A stretch of DNA of 64,000 nt from Bacteroidales bacterium. Lineage in GTDB: Bacteria; Bacteroidota; Bacteroidia; Bacteroidales; JAGOPY01. The notes beneath the pieces are model-generated. The model had not been told where the DNA came from. It searched no databases and was given only the letters and a program-made list of their open reading frames with translations. Shown in pieces: positions 9,285-19,404 of this stretch (its first letter is position 1; each line of letters opens with the position of its first letter). The stretch is taken from contig JALNZD010000010.1 in the NCBI GenBank assembly GCA_023229505.1, positions 25,189-89,188 on the forward strand, read 5' to 3'. A program made the position numbers and the translations under genes.

Positions 9285-9776
9285 ACTGAATAATTTTTAA
9301 ATCATTAAACCCAGAAAGAACATGGTGATATTAACTTACAGTATCATAAAAAGGGGAAAGTCTCTTATCTCATTGATATTCAATACCTTTTAGGCATCGA
9401 ATTTTTCAGGCTGCCTTTTCCATGCGTAAAAATATAAAATGCAATAATACCTATTTCATTTCTGAAATAAAAGATTTTTCTATTAACCTTATTGATCTTT
9501 TTCCGGTTTGCAAAAAGCCGGCAAATTCTGTCTTTAAGGCAGAGTTGCAACCTATGTAAAGGAATGGGGACCCGAATTAAAACACTGTAAAATTTTCTTT
9601 CCCCATCGTGTAATCAATCTCATCATTTTTTATAAACTGGGGCGGGTATATTTGGGTGATTTGTTTAATTAACAATATGTAGTCCGTTTATTTTTAACCA
9701 CTAAGGCGCACTAAGGACTGATATTACCAAATCATTATCATTTCGTAAGCTTCGTTTTTTGTAAGCTGATATTCAC

Positions 9777-9784
9777 TACTTTTG
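9777..9784 (+). promoter_or_regulatory. Candidate Bacteroidota -7 promoter box (TAnnTTTG) for the EF-G paralog
   Basis: tacttttg matches TAnnTTTG, 109 nt upstream of the GTG start at 9893. Confidence 0.35.
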
Positions 9785-9811
9785 CAGCCCTTTTTAAAAT
9801 CCTTGCGGATT

Positions 9812-9832
9812 CAGTCGGCAGTCGGCAGTCGG
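9812..9832. repeat. 7-bp tandem repeat (cagtcgg) x3
   Basis: Direct reading: cagtcggcagtcggcagtcgg. The 10-mer cagtcggcag recurs inverted at 30220-30229. Confidence 0.9.
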
Positions 9833-9863
9833 ATACTAGAAACTGGATTTTAGAATCCCGAAC

Positions 9864-9884
9864 TTAAAATTTAAAATTTAAAAT
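9864..9884. repeat. 7-bp tandem repeat (ttaaaat) x3
   Basis: Direct reading: ttaaaatttaaaatttaaaat. It ends 8 nt before the EF-G start codon. Confidence 0.9.
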
Positions 9885-9892
9885 TAATCATT

Positions 9893-11971
9893 GTGCCTTT
9901 AAACAAACTTCGCAATATTGGTATCGCCGCGCATATTGATGCCGGAAAGACAACCGTTACCGAAAGAATATTATTCTACACCGGTGTCACCCGTAAAATG
10001 GGTGAGGTCCATGACGGGCAGGCCACCATGGATTTCATGAAACAGGAACAGGAACGGGGCATCACCATTGCTTCCGCTGCCATCTCCTGCGAATGGAAAG
10101 ACTCACATATCAACCTTATCGACACGCCGGGACACGTCGACTTCACCGTTGAAGTGGAACGCTCACTGCGGGTGATCGATGGCATGATAGCCCTGTTTTG
10201 CGCCGTCGGTGGCGTAGAACCTCAGAGTGAAACCGTCTGGAACCAGGCTGATCGTTATAAAGTGCCGCGTATAGCCTTTATCAACAAAATGGATCGCACC
10301 GGTGCTGATTTTTTTGATGTGGTCACCCAGATGAACCAGGTATTAGATGCAAATGCCATCGCTTTCCAGATCCCGATGGGGGTGGAAGAAGATTTCGAAG
10401 GAATCATTGATATCATAGAAGAAAAAGCTTACCTGTTTAAAGATAATACCAGGGAAGAGCTCCCAGTCCCTGCCCAATACAGGGAAAAGGTCGCCGAAGC
10501 AAGGGCATTGCTTATTGAAAGGCTTGCCGATTTTAACGATGAGGTAGCGGAACTTTTCCTTGAAGATAAAGAAGTCAGTAATGAATTGCTCAAAACTGCC
10601 GCCCGTGGAGCGACCTTACGGCTCAATATCACACCGGTATTCTGTGGTGCAGCTTATAAAAATAAGGGCGTTCAGCTACTGCTCAATGCGGTCATTGATT
10701 ATCTCCCCTCCCCGCTCGATATTACTGCAACCGTAGGAACCGATGTGGATAATCCTGAAAAATCCCATGTCCGCCATCCTTCCGTCCGTGATCCTTTTTC
10801 CGCTTTGGCTTTTAAACTGATCAACGATCCTTTTGTAGGGCAACAGACCTTTATCCGTGTTTATTCCGGCCTGCTGAAAAGCGGGATGCAGGTGCTTAAT
10901 TCAACAAAAGACAAACACGAACGGATCGGCCGTATCATGAAGATCCACGCAAAGGACCGTGAAGAAGTCAGTGAAGCCGGCCCAGGAGATATTGTCGCCC
11001 TGATCGGCCTGAAGTTGACGAAAACCGGCGATACCTTGTGCGACCCCAGCCATCCTTTGCACCTGGAATCGATTACTGTGCCCCTCACCGTCATAGAAAT
11101 GAAAATCGTGCCTGCATCACGTAAAGATCAGAGCAAGCTTGGAGAGGCCTTGCATAAGCTCTCCAATGAAGATCCTTCTTTCAACATCCGTTATGATGAA
11201 GAAACTGAAGAAACCGTTATCGCAGGGATGGGCGAACTTCACCTCGAGATTATCATCGACCGGCTGAAACATGAATTCGGCGTTGAAGTTGAGATCAGCG
11301 AACCTTCGGTAGCTTACCGGGAAACCATAACTGCCGAAGTGGAAGTTTCCCACCGGCATTCGAAGCAGACCGGTGGCAAGGGCCAGTTTGCCGAAACCCA
11401 CATGCGGCTTGAACCTAACGAAGGCAACGGCTATGAATTTGTCGACCGGATCAAGGGCGGCGCTATTCCTCTGGAATTTATACCCTCAGTAAACAAAGGC
11501 ATCCAGAAAACTATTGCACAGGGCGTTCTGTCGGGCTTCCCGGTAGTCGATATCAGGGTGGTGCTCCATGATGGCAAATTCCACCCTGTTGATTCCTCCG
11601 ATATGGCTTTCCAGACCTGTGGTTCCATTTGCTTCAAAGAGGGTTTTATGAAAGCCGGTCCGGTCCTGCTCGAACCGATCATGAAAGTTGAGATCAATAC
11701 CCCTGATGATTACATCGGCGATATCGTCGGCAACCTGAATAAACGTCGAGGAAAGGTCGAATCTTTGCGCCGCCACCGTAAAGGTTCTCAGAAAGTGCTG
11801 GCATTCGTTCCGTTAGTTGAAATGTTCGGTTACGCCACGGCCCTCAGGAACATTTCAAGTGGCCGGGCAAGCTTCTCTATGGACTTTTTCAAATACATGG
11901 CGCTTAGCAAAGCTGTCCAGGAAGAGGTGTTAAGGAAACTGGCCGAGAAAAAAGCGGCGATGAAGAAATAG
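9893..11971 (+). CDS. fusA: Elongation factor G paralog (stand-alone, not in an rpsL-rpsG-fusA context)
   Basis: GTPase motifs AHIDAGKTT (G1), DTPGHVDF (G3) and NKMD (G4). Full five-domain length of 692 aa. GTG start. No ribosomal protein genes are adjacent. Confidence 0.9.
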   Translation: MPLNKLRNIGIAAHIDAGKTTVTERILFYTGVTRKMGEVHDGQATMDFMKQEQERGITIASAAISCEWKDSHINLIDTPGHVDFTVEVERSLRVIDGMIALFCAVGGVEPQSETVWNQADRYKVPRIAFINKMDRTGADFFDVVTQMNQVLDANAIAFQIPMGVEEDFEGIIDIIEEKAYLFKDNTREELPVPAQYREKVAEARALLIERLADFNDEVAELFLEDKEVSNELLKTAARGATLRLNITPVFCGAAYKNKGVQLLLNAVIDYLPSPLDITATVGTDVDNPEKSHVRHPSVRDPFSALAFKLINDPFVGQQTFIRVYSGLLKSGMQVLNSTKDKHERIGRIMKIHAKDREEVSEAGPGDIVALIGLKLTKTGDTLCDPSHPLHLESITVPLTVIEMKIVPASRKDQSKLGEALHKLSNEDPSFNIRYDEETEETVIAGMGELHLEIIIDRLKHEFGVEVEISEPSVAYRETITAEVEVSHRHSKQTGGKGQFAETHMRLEPNEGNGYEFVDRIKGGAIPLEFIPSVNKGIQKTIAQGVLSGFPVVDIRVVLHDGKFHPVDSSDMAFQTCGSICFKEGFMKAGPVLLEPIMKVEINTPDDYIGDIVGNLNKRRGKVESLRRHRKGSQKVLAFVPLVEMFGYATALRNISSGRASFSMDFFKYMALSKAVQEEVLRKLAEKKAAMKK

Positions 11972-12020
11972 ACTCTAATTATTTTTTACCTAACTTTCTG
12001 GCAAATTCAAATCCCCGAAT

Positions 12021-12941
12021 ATGCCTATTCCCACCTCAAGAACCAAAGAAGTTGCCCGGATCACAATCGATGCGGAAAAATGTAACGGCTGCGGACTCTG
12101 CATAGATGTTTGCAAGGACTTCGGCATCATTATAAAAGATGGAAAAGCTGTAGTATCTGGTCAGCCGATATTCGGCTGTATCGGCTGCGGACACTGTATG
12201 GCCCTCTGCCCGAAAGGGGCCATTAAGATCGAAGGGAGATTTACTTCTCCGGATGATCTGTTCCCATTGCCTGACAAGTCGGGAATGGCTTCATATGATG
12301 CTCTTCTGAAACTATTCCAGCGAAGAAGGAGCATACGGGAATTCAAAAACAAGCCTGTTGAACAGGAACTGATCGATAAAATAATTACTGCAGCTTCCAC
12401 TGCCCCGATGGGATTACCGCCTTCAGATGTGAGTATCCTGGTAATCAATGGGAAAGAAAAAGCATTCCGGTTTTCCAAAGATTATTGCGAATACCTTGTA
12501 AACTTAAAATGGATGGTAACACCCATCGGTCTTTTCTTTATGCGGCTTTTCTATGGTAAGGAAAACGGGGAAATGTTCCGGGATTTTATCAAACCATTGA
12601 TTGATACTTATGTCGGATATATGAAAAAAGGCGAAAACCTGGTAATGTATGATGCCCCATTAGCTCTTTATTTCTATGGGTCCCCCTATACCGATCCGGC
12701 CGATCCGCTTATCGCAGCCACCTATGCCATGACTGCGGCCGAATCTCTTGGTCTGGGAACCTGCATGCTCGGCGGAATCCATCCTTTCATCCAGTCGGGC
12801 AGGGCGGCAAGGAAATTTCGTGAAAAACAAGGTATCCGGTTTAAAAGCCGCGAAGGCTTATTTCTCATCATCGGTCATCCAAGGGTAAAATACCAGAATG
12901 GGATCAAAAGGACTTTTGCGAATATCGATTACCATTCCTAG
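12021..12941 (+). CDS. 2x[4Fe-4S] ferredoxin domain fused to a nitroreductase-family domain
   Basis: CNGCGLCIDVC and CIGCGHCMALCP cluster motifs, followed by RRSIREFKNKPVEQELIDKIITAASTAP, which is typical of nitroreductase folds. Confidence 0.8.
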   Translation: MPIPTSRTKEVARITIDAEKCNGCGLCIDVCKDFGIIIKDGKAVVSGQPIFGCIGCGHCMALCPKGAIKIEGRFTSPDDLFPLPDKSGMASYDALLKLFQRRRSIREFKNKPVEQELIDKIITAASTAPMGLPPSDVSILVINGKEKAFRFSKDYCEYLVNLKWMVTPIGLFFMRLFYGKENGEMFRDFIKPLIDTYVGYMKKGENLVMYDAPLALYFYGSPYTDPADPLIAATYAMTAAESLGLGTCMLGGIHPFIQSGRAARKFREKQGIRFKSREGLFLIIGHPRVKYQNGIKRTFANIDYHS

Positions 12942-14158
12942 CTCCCTTTTATAAGCGCTGACTCCTTCAAAAATGCCGAAAGCAGCAGGCTTAATGCCAT
13001 CAGCCCGCATAGTACGATCAGCGGCATTGACATCGAGCCGGTTGCCGCGGATTTAAAACTGTCCATGCCAAATATAAAAGCTATCCCGGATATCTGGCCC
13101 ATTAACAGGAGCAACCCGTTAGTCGTGCCTTCAGGTGCCGGATAAGCCACTTCAGCGCCATACTGGAACCCGATTGGACCAGCGCTGAGCAGGAAGAAAC
13201 CCATGGTAAAAGCAGAAGCAAGAAGAAGCCCGTATGCTGTGGCAAAGGTCACACCGGCAAGCCCAATGGTGGCCCCGGCCAGTGAAAGGAGAATGAAAGG
13301 CACCCTCCTGCGGTAACGGTCGGAGAGCGCGGGAATGACCAATGCACCTGCTATACCGCCCACAATCATAAGCCCCCCGGTCATGCCGGCCTGCGTGATC
13401 GAAAAGCCCCTTGGCCCCACGATGTTCTCGATCCAGGTAGTCACGGCATTAAATACACCCAGGCCGATAAAGAAGATGATCATAAGCAGGATGAATTGTC
13501 GTTTATGTAAAGCTTGCTTAAGCCCATCAAAAACCATCGACCGTTTTTCCTGTTCCGGTGAGCATGGTGGTGTCGGAGGATTTTCCTTAGCAAGGGTAAA
13601 AAAGGCCACCGCGAATAAAGCAGAGATGATCCCGTAGATGAAAAGCATTTTTCCAATGCCGAAAGCAATGGTGATATAGGGAGTCATCGCTATGCCCAGG
13701 AAAATCCCTGCGTACATTGCCAGCGTCCCAAGACCGGAGGCCGTGGCCCGTTCATTGACTGGAAACCATCGCGCAGCAATCTTGGTAATTGCGTTAAGAA
13801 TAAATGGTTGCCCGATGGCAATGCCTATTTGAGCTAGAAGTGCCAGGGTATAGTTGGTCCCTGCCAAGCCTCTCAATAATCCGAAAACACCGGTCAATAC
13901 AGCGCCGATACCCACGGCGGTGCGCATCCCATAAGTATCGATAACCCAGGATGCCGGAAGTGAGATTATAATATAGACGATCATAAAACACATCGACAAA
14001 AGCCCGACACTCAAATCCGATACCTGGTAATAAGTGGCGGCGCTGCTGGTAATAGGGGCATAGGTGATCCATAACAACTGGTTCATAATAACGACCAGCA
14101 TGAAAGCCAGCAGCACGACCCAGCGGTAGCGGTAAACTTTATATGTTGTTTGTTTCAT
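12938..14158 (-). CDS. MFS transporter
   Basis: About 12 hydrophobic helices. The start is set at internal MKQTTYKVYRYRW (residue 25 of the track ORF) because the 5-prime extension would encode the 14193-14220 palindrome. Confidence 0.75.
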   Translation of the reverse strand: MKQTTYKVYRYRWVVLLAFMLVVIMNQLLWITYAPITSSAATYYQVSDLSVGLLSMCFMIVYIIISLPASWVIDTYGMRTAVGIGAVLTGVFGLLRGLAGTNYTLALLAQIGIAIGQPFILNAITKIAARWFPVNERATASGLGTLAMYAGIFLGIAMTPYITIAFGIGKMLFIYGIISALFAVAFFTLAKENPPTPPCSPEQEKRSMVFDGLKQALHKRQFILLMIIFFIGLGVFNAVTTWIENIVGPRGFSITQAGMTGGLMIVGGIAGALVIPALSDRYRRRVPFILLSLAGATIGLAGVTFATAYGLLLASAFTMGFFLLSAGPIGFQYGAEVAYPAPEGTTNGLLLLMGQISGIAFIFGMDSFKSAATGSMSMPLIVLCGLMALSLLLSAFLKESALIKGS

Positions 14159-14192
14159 GATTTCGGATTTCCGGTAAAAGTAACAATTTACA

Positions 14193-14227
14193 GGGTTTCC
14201 AACCCTCGGGTTGGAAACCCTCTTTTT
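14193..14227 (+). other. Perfect 12-bp-stem hairpin plus T-tract (terminator-like) in a divergent intergenic region
   Basis: gggtttccaacc-ctcg-ggttggaaaccc followed by tcttttt. No co-directional gene ends upstream of it. Confidence 0.5.
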
Positions 14228-14230
14228 CAC

Positions 14231-14252
14231 TTAACAATTTGATAACATTTCC
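14231..14252 (+). promoter_or_regulatory. Candidate Pho-box-like direct repeat (11-bp period) upstream of the porin-pst operon
   Basis: TTAACAatttgATAACAtttcc: two T(T/A)AACA hexamers spaced 11 bp start to start, the layout known for B. subtilis PhoP boxes (TT(A/T/C)ACA repeats). Caveat: the word ttaacaattt also occurs upstream of the alcohol dehydrogenase gene at 35090. Confidence 0.3.
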
Positions 14253-14309
14253 TTAAAATTTATTTAATAATAGATGTGGAATTTTGCACAACTTTTACCA
14301 AACCGTAAA

Positions 14310-15653
14310 ATGACTATCCCATTAAGATTTTTTAAAGCAGTAATGATTCTCGCAGTCATTATCGAATCCGGTATTTCAGCCTATTCACAAGAAGTCTATT
14401 CAAAGGCTATTCAGCAGTCGGCCGATACCCTCAACGCTAAAATTGAAAATGTAAAATCCGATCTTGATTTTCTTAAAAATCTTAAAATAACCGGTTATAT
14501 CCAGGCACAATGGCAATGTGCCGATAGCAATGGTATTTCATCATTTTCGGGCGGTAATTTCCCAAAAAACGCCGATAACCGGTTCTCAGTAAGAAGAGGC
14601 CGGGTAAAATTTGCTTATACGGGTACGCTTACTCAATTTGTGCTGCAAATTGATGCAACAGAGCGCGGAGTGGCACTGAAAGATGCGTATGTCAATTTCA
14701 AAGACCCCTGGTTGCAAATGTTTACCATACAGGGCGGGATGTTCAACCGTCCTTTCGGCTTTGAAATAGCCTATTCCTCCAGCATGAGAGAAACCCCTGA
14801 AAGGGCAAGGATCACGCAAACCTTATTCCCCGGAGAACGTGACCTGGGTGCCATGCTTACCATCCAGCCGCGCAAAGAATCCCGCTTTAACTTCATTCGT
14901 TTAAATGCTGCCCTTATTGCTGGAAACGCGATTGCATCTGAAATAGATTCAAAAAAAGATTTCGTAGGACAACTGGGAATAAATAAAACCACCCGTAATG
15001 AAAAATTCCGCTATGCCGTCGGGATTTCTTATTACAACGGAGGTGTATTCCAGGAAACCAAGAAAGTCTGTAACATGGTTACCCTGGCCGACGGAATGAC
15101 AAAAGGCTTCGTGGTCGATTCCACAGAATCCAATAAAGGACAATATGCAAAACGGGAATATTTTGGCGCCGACGCACAGGTCAGCCTCGATTGGTTTCTT
15201 GGCGTAACAACATTGCGTGGTGAATACCTTTGGGGTTCCCAACCGGGTAGCTCAAAATCCAATGTCAGTCCTACCAACAGGTCAATCCCGGCAACTCCCG
15301 ATCCGATTGATACTTATAACAGGTCTTTCAATGGCGGGTATGTTTACCTGGTGCAAAACATCCTTAACTCCAGGCACGAGGTTGTTGTAAAATATGATTT
15401 CTTCGACCCGAATATTAAAGTTAAAGGCACGGATGCCAAATCCACGGTACCTGAAACAACGATCAAGACCGGACTGACTGGTGCTGACGTAAGCTATACA
15501 ACCTGGGGTTTTGGCTACAACGTGCACATTGCCACCAATGTTAAGCTGATGGCATATTATGAGGTAGTTAAAAATGAAAGCACCTCGATAAATGGTTATT
15601 CTAATGACCTGAAGGATAATGTATTCACCCTCAGGGCACAGTTCAAGTTTTAA
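14310..15653 (+). CDS. Phosphate-selective porin O/P family outer-membrane protein
   Basis: Signal peptide after M13 of the track ORF. GYIQAQWQ start of the barrel, beta-strand pattern, C-terminal ...FTLRAQFKF. Lies immediately upstream of pstS. Confidence 0.7.
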   Translation: MTIPLRFFKAVMILAVIIESGISAYSQEVYSKAIQQSADTLNAKIENVKSDLDFLKNLKITGYIQAQWQCADSNGISSFSGGNFPKNADNRFSVRRGRVKFAYTGTLTQFVLQIDATERGVALKDAYVNFKDPWLQMFTIQGGMFNRPFGFEIAYSSSMRETPERARITQTLFPGERDLGAMLTIQPRKESRFNFIRLNAALIAGNAIASEIDSKKDFVGQLGINKTTRNEKFRYAVGISYYNGGVFQETKKVCNMVTLADGMTKGFVVDSTESNKGQYAKREYFGADAQVSLDWFLGVTTLRGEYLWGSQPGSSKSNVSPTNRSIPATPDPIDTYNRSFNGGYVYLVQNILNSRHEVVVKYDFFDPNIKVKGTDAKSTVPETTIKTGLTGADVSYTTWGFGYNVHIATNVKLMAYYEVVKNESTSINGYSNDLKDNVFTLRAQFKF

Positions 15654-15686
15654 TCGTTATTTAATGTAATTTTAAAATAAAAAACA

Positions 15687-16514
15687 ATGAAGAAATTAAT
15701 TTTCGTTTTCGTCATCATGGCCCTTCTGCCTCAACTTTACTCGCAGAATGTCAATTGTAAGATCAAAGGAAGTGATACTGTCCTTCCTCTTACACAGAAA
15801 GAAGCCGAAGTGTTCATGAAAAAATACCCCGGTTCATCTATAATGGTGACGGGAGGCGGCTCCGGTGTGGGTCTGGCCGCTTTGCAGAATGGTACCACGG
15901 ATATCGCCCAGTCATCCAGGAAAATGAAACTGGATGAGAAGATGAAATTACAGGACGCAGGAAAAGTTTTTACTGAATCCATTATCGCTTATGATGCACT
16001 TGCCGTGATCGTGAATCCTTCAAACAAGGTTAACCAGTTAACCCGGGAACAACTGGAAAGTATCTATACCGGCAAGGTAACAAACTGGAAAGAAGTTGAC
16101 GGTGACGACATGCCGATCGTGGTTTATTCCAGGGAGTCAAGTTCAGGCACCTTCGAATTTTTCAAAGAGCATGTGCTTAATAAAAAGAACTTTACCCCTT
16201 CTGCCCTGCTGATGCCGGCAACCGGTGCTATTGTGCAGTCGGTCAGCCAGACAAAGGGTGCGATCGGCTACGTGGGTCTTGCATACCTGGAAGCCGATGT
16301 CAAAGCACTTAAAGTCAGCTATGATAAAGGAGTGACTTACGTTGTGCCATCCGTGGAAAACGCAATGAACAAAACTTATCCCATCTCCAGGCCTTTGTAT
16401 TATTATTATCTTAACAGTGCTGAAAAAGCTGTAAAACCGCTTATAGATTTTATTCTTTCAACTGAAGGGCAGAAAATTGTAAAGGAAGTAGGGTATGTAC
16501 CGGTCGGTCAATGA
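15687..16514 (+). CDS. pstS: Phosphate ABC transporter substrate-binding protein PstS
   Basis: Signal peptide, GSDTVLPL, GGGSGVG, LTREQLESIYTGKVTNWKEV, SRESSSGT. First gene of the pstSCAB order. Confidence 0.9.
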   Translation: MKKLIFVFVIMALLPQLYSQNVNCKIKGSDTVLPLTQKEAEVFMKKYPGSSIMVTGGGSGVGLAALQNGTTDIAQSSRKMKLDEKMKLQDAGKVFTESIIAYDALAVIVNPSNKVNQLTREQLESIYTGKVTNWKEVDGDDMPIVVYSRESSSGTFEFFKEHVLNKKNFTPSALLMPATGAIVQSVSQTKGAIGYVGLAYLEADVKALKVSYDKGVTYVVPSVENAMNKTYPISRPLYYYYLNSAEKAVKPLIDFILSTEGQKIVKEVGYVPVGQ

Positions 16515-17716
16515 GAAAATATAGAAAATACGGGGAAAAATTTATTGAAGGCGTCCTGTTTTCAAGTAGCACTGTCACAAGCCTCACGGTCATCCTGATC
16601 ATCATTTTTCTTTTCAGGGAAGGGATTGGCCTTTTCCAGAGCAAACCGATCGACAAAGGATATGTTTTTGCCCTTAACATCAATAACCCCGTTAAAGAAC
16701 TCAGCGCAAAACAACTGAAAGATATCTTTAACCAGGACATCACCAACTGGAAACATGTTGGCGGTAATAATGATACGATCATGCTGCTCACGATCAATGA
16801 AATCCCCAACTACTATACCGAAGAGGAGATGGGTCCTGAAATGGAACATCTACCGATGTTGGTGGATAAACTGATTCAGGAAAATATAGGCGCGATAGTT
16901 TTTATTTCTGAGAAATATATGCCCCCCGACTTTCATGGTTATCTCCTGAAGGTGAAGAATATCAGCCCGAAAGAATTTGTCCTCGGAAAAGAATGGTACC
17001 CTACTGCAGAGCCGGTCCCGCTTTTTGGGGTATGGCCGCTGATCACGGGAACCCTGTTGGTTACACTCGGGGCCATCTTGATTGCTTTGCCGCTCGGATT
17101 GGCAACCGCGATCTTCATGGCTGAAGTATCCTCTTTCAGGCTGCGCAATATACTCAAACCATTGGTTGAGCTTCTCGCGGGCATTCCATCTGTTGTCTAT
17201 GGCTTTTTCGGTCTCGTCGTTATAGTTCCTTTGATCCAGCAGGTCTTTCACCTTGATGTTGGCGAAACGGTCCTGGCAGGCAGTATCGTTCTTGGGATCA
17301 TGGCCTTGCCAACAATCATTACCATATCCGAAGATGCCATCCGAACCACCCCAAAATCCCTTAAAGAAGCCAGCCTCGCTTTGGGAGCAACCCGCTGGCA
17401 AACGATGGTCCGCGTGGTTATTCCTTATGCCAGATCCGGGATTACTACCGCCATAATCCTGGGTATTGGCAGGGCGATCGGCGAAACAATGGCCGTATTA
17501 ATGGTTACGGGGAATGCCGCCATGATCCCTCATTCTTTCCTTGTCCCTGCAAGGACCATTCCGGCTACCATCGCTGCAGAACTCGGTGAATCACCCTATG
17601 GAGGCCTTCATTTCCAGGCATTATTCGCGCTCGGGATTATCCTGTTCCTGTTCACCCTGATTATCAATTTCTCCATTGACCTCGTTAAAGGTCGTAAACA
17701 TATTAAATCGCTCTGA
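16511..17716 (+). CDS. pstC: Phosphate ABC transporter permease PstC with an extra ~120-aa periplasmic insertion after TM1
   Basis: The C-terminal 240 aa is a typical PstC core (EAA-like region LGATRWQTMVRVVIPYARSGI). At 401 aa it is longer than ~320 for classical PstC. Confidence 0.9.
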   Translation: MRKYRKYGEKFIEGVLFSSSTVTSLTVILIIIFLFREGIGLFQSKPIDKGYVFALNINNPVKELSAKQLKDIFNQDITNWKHVGGNNDTIMLLTINEIPNYYTEEEMGPEMEHLPMLVDKLIQENIGAIVFISEKYMPPDFHGYLLKVKNISPKEFVLGKEWYPTAEPVPLFGVWPLITGTLLVTLGAILIALPLGLATAIFMAEVSSFRLRNILKPLVELLAGIPSVVYGFFGLVVIVPLIQQVFHLDVGETVLAGSIVLGIMALPTIITISEDAIRTTPKSLKEASLALGATRWQTMVRVVIPYARSGITTAIILGIGRAIGETMAVLMVTGNAAMIPHSFLVPARTIPATIAAELGESPYGGLHFQALFALGIILFLFTLIINFSIDLVKGRKHIKSL

Positions 17717-17723
17717 TTGAAAC

Positions 17724-18581
17724 ATGACTAGAAAGCGGATCATACAGAAAATTGCATTTTCGATTTTCGGAGCGGTCAGTTTTGTCGTGGTAGCCGTGCT
17801 GTTTATCATCCTCGGTTTTATCGCGATCAAAGGTATCCGGGTTATCAGCTGGGAATTCCTTACTGCGATGCCTGACCAGGGTATGACTAAGGGAGGGATT
17901 TTCCCGGCAATCGTTGGTACGGCCTGCCTGATGGCCGGAAGCATGATCTTCGCTTTTCCTGTCGGTGTGCTCTCAGGGATTTATATTAATGAATTTCTGA
18001 AAGACAGCTTTTTCAAACGGTTTATCAGGATGATGACGGATAACCTCGCCGGTATCCCTTCCATTGTCTTCGGTCTCTTCGGGATGGCTTTATTCGTGAA
18101 CTATCTTGACTTCGGCGATTCAATTATCGCTGGTTCGCTGACATTAGGTTTGCTTGTCCTACCGATTGTTATCAGGACAACGGAAGAGGCGCTGAAATCA
18201 GTCGAGGATTCATTGCGGGTCGGCAGCCTGGCTCTTGGGGCCACAAAATTGCAAACCATCCAGAGGGTTGTGCTGCCCGTGGCTTTCCCAAACATCATCA
18301 CCGGCCTGATTCTTTCCATCGGAAGGGTATCGGGTGAAACGGCACCGATCCTTTTCACTGTCGCAGCTTATTTTCTTCCCCGCTTACCGAACAGTGTCTT
18401 CGACCAGGTCATGGCACTGCCTTATCACTTGTATGTATTGACAACCAGCGGTACGAATGTCGAAGAATCCAGGCCGATGGCTTACGGGACAGCCCTTGTG
18501 TTGATAATGATCGTTTTACTGATCAATTTGGCAGCCAGCGCCCTCCGGAAATATCTTGGGAAAAAAGTGAAAATGAATTAG
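17724..18581 (+). CDS. pstA: Phosphate ABC transporter permease PstA
   Basis: Six TM segments. ALGATKLQTIQRVVLPVAFPNIITG motif. Gene order supports the call. Confidence 0.9.
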   Translation: MTRKRIIQKIAFSIFGAVSFVVVAVLFIILGFIAIKGIRVISWEFLTAMPDQGMTKGGIFPAIVGTACLMAGSMIFAFPVGVLSGIYINEFLKDSFFKRFIRMMTDNLAGIPSIVFGLFGMALFVNYLDFGDSIIAGSLTLGLLVLPIVIRTTEEALKSVEDSLRVGSLALGATKLQTIQRVVLPVAFPNIITGLILSIGRVSGETAPILFTVAAYFLPRLPNSVFDQVMALPYHLYVLTTSGTNVEESRPMAYGTALVLIMIVLLINLAASALRKYLGKKVKMN

Positions 18582-18593
18582 GATTATTGACCT

Positions 18594-19346
18594 ATGTATA
18601 AAGCTGAAGCGAAAAATATCAACTTTTATTACGGTGACTATCACGCCCTGATAGATGTCAGCCTTGCTTTTCCTGACAAGACGGTTACAGCGCTGATCGG
18701 GCCGTCAGGATGCGGAAAGTCGACTTTTCTTCGACTGTTCAACCGGATGAATGATCTGATCGACCATGTGAAAATCGAAGGTGAAGTGCTGGTCAACGGG
18801 CAGGATGTCTATTCCAAAGAGGTCATTATCGACCAGTTGCGTAAAAGTGTAGGCATGGTTTTCCAGAAACCGAACCCTTTCCCAAAGACGGTTTTTGAAA
18901 ATGTGGCCTATGGGCTCCGCGTAAATGGGGTCAGGGACCATAATTTTATTGAAGAAGTGGTGGTGAATTCCCTCAAGAAAGCCGCATTGTGGGAAGAGGT
19001 GAAAGATAAACTGAAGAAATCGGCTTTCGAGCTTTCAGGCGGCCAGCAGCAGCGTTTGTGCATTGCACGTGCCCTTGCCGTGGAACCGACTTTGATCCTG
19101 ATGGATGAGCCGGCATCGGCCCTCGATCCTATTTCTACTGCCAAGATAGAAGAGTTAATCCACGAGCTTAAGCAGCAGTATTCCATTATCATTGTCACCC
19201 ATAATCTTCAGCAGGCAGGAAGAGTGAGCGATTATACCGCATTTTTCTATCTTGGGGAACTGATTGAGCATAATGAAACGAAGACCATGTTCCTGAATCC
19301 CAGCGATGAACGAACTCAAAATTATATCACGGGTAGGTTTGGTTGA
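18594..19346 (+). CDS. pstB: Phosphate ABC transporter ATP-binding protein PstB
   Basis: Walker [10 protein letters not shown], signature LSGGQQQRL, Walker B LILMDEP. Typical PstB N-terminus FYYGD. Confidence 0.95.
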   Translation: MYKAEAKNINFYYGDYHALIDVSLAFPDKTVTALIGPSGCGKSTFLRLFNRMNDLIDHVKIEGEVLVNGQDVYSKEVIIDQLRKSVGMVFQKPNPFPKTVFENVAYGLRVNGVRDHNFIEEVVVNSLKKAALWEEVKDKLKKSAFELSGGQQQRLCIARALAVEPTLILMDEPASALDPISTAKIEELIHELKQQYSIIIVTHNLQQAGRVSDYTAFFYLGELIEHNETKTMFLNPSDERTQNYITGRFG

Positions 19347-19404
19347 GAAACCGGATTGAATAGGTTCATGAAGGGTTATCCTTTAATTAAATTAAATTTG
19401 CAAT

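Noticed and set aside
11990-12015. ttcaaatcc string resembling a tRNA T-loop
   Set aside because: There is no preceding GG, no acceptor or anticodon stems can be drawn, and the region is only 49 bp between two CDSs. I found no tRNA or rRNA in the window.
16850-17401. 183-aa minus-strand ORF
   Set aside because: It is fully antisense to pstC, has no motifs, and its composition is that of a shadow frame. The same applies to 16450..16809, 16562..16849, 16939..17184 and 17621..17944.
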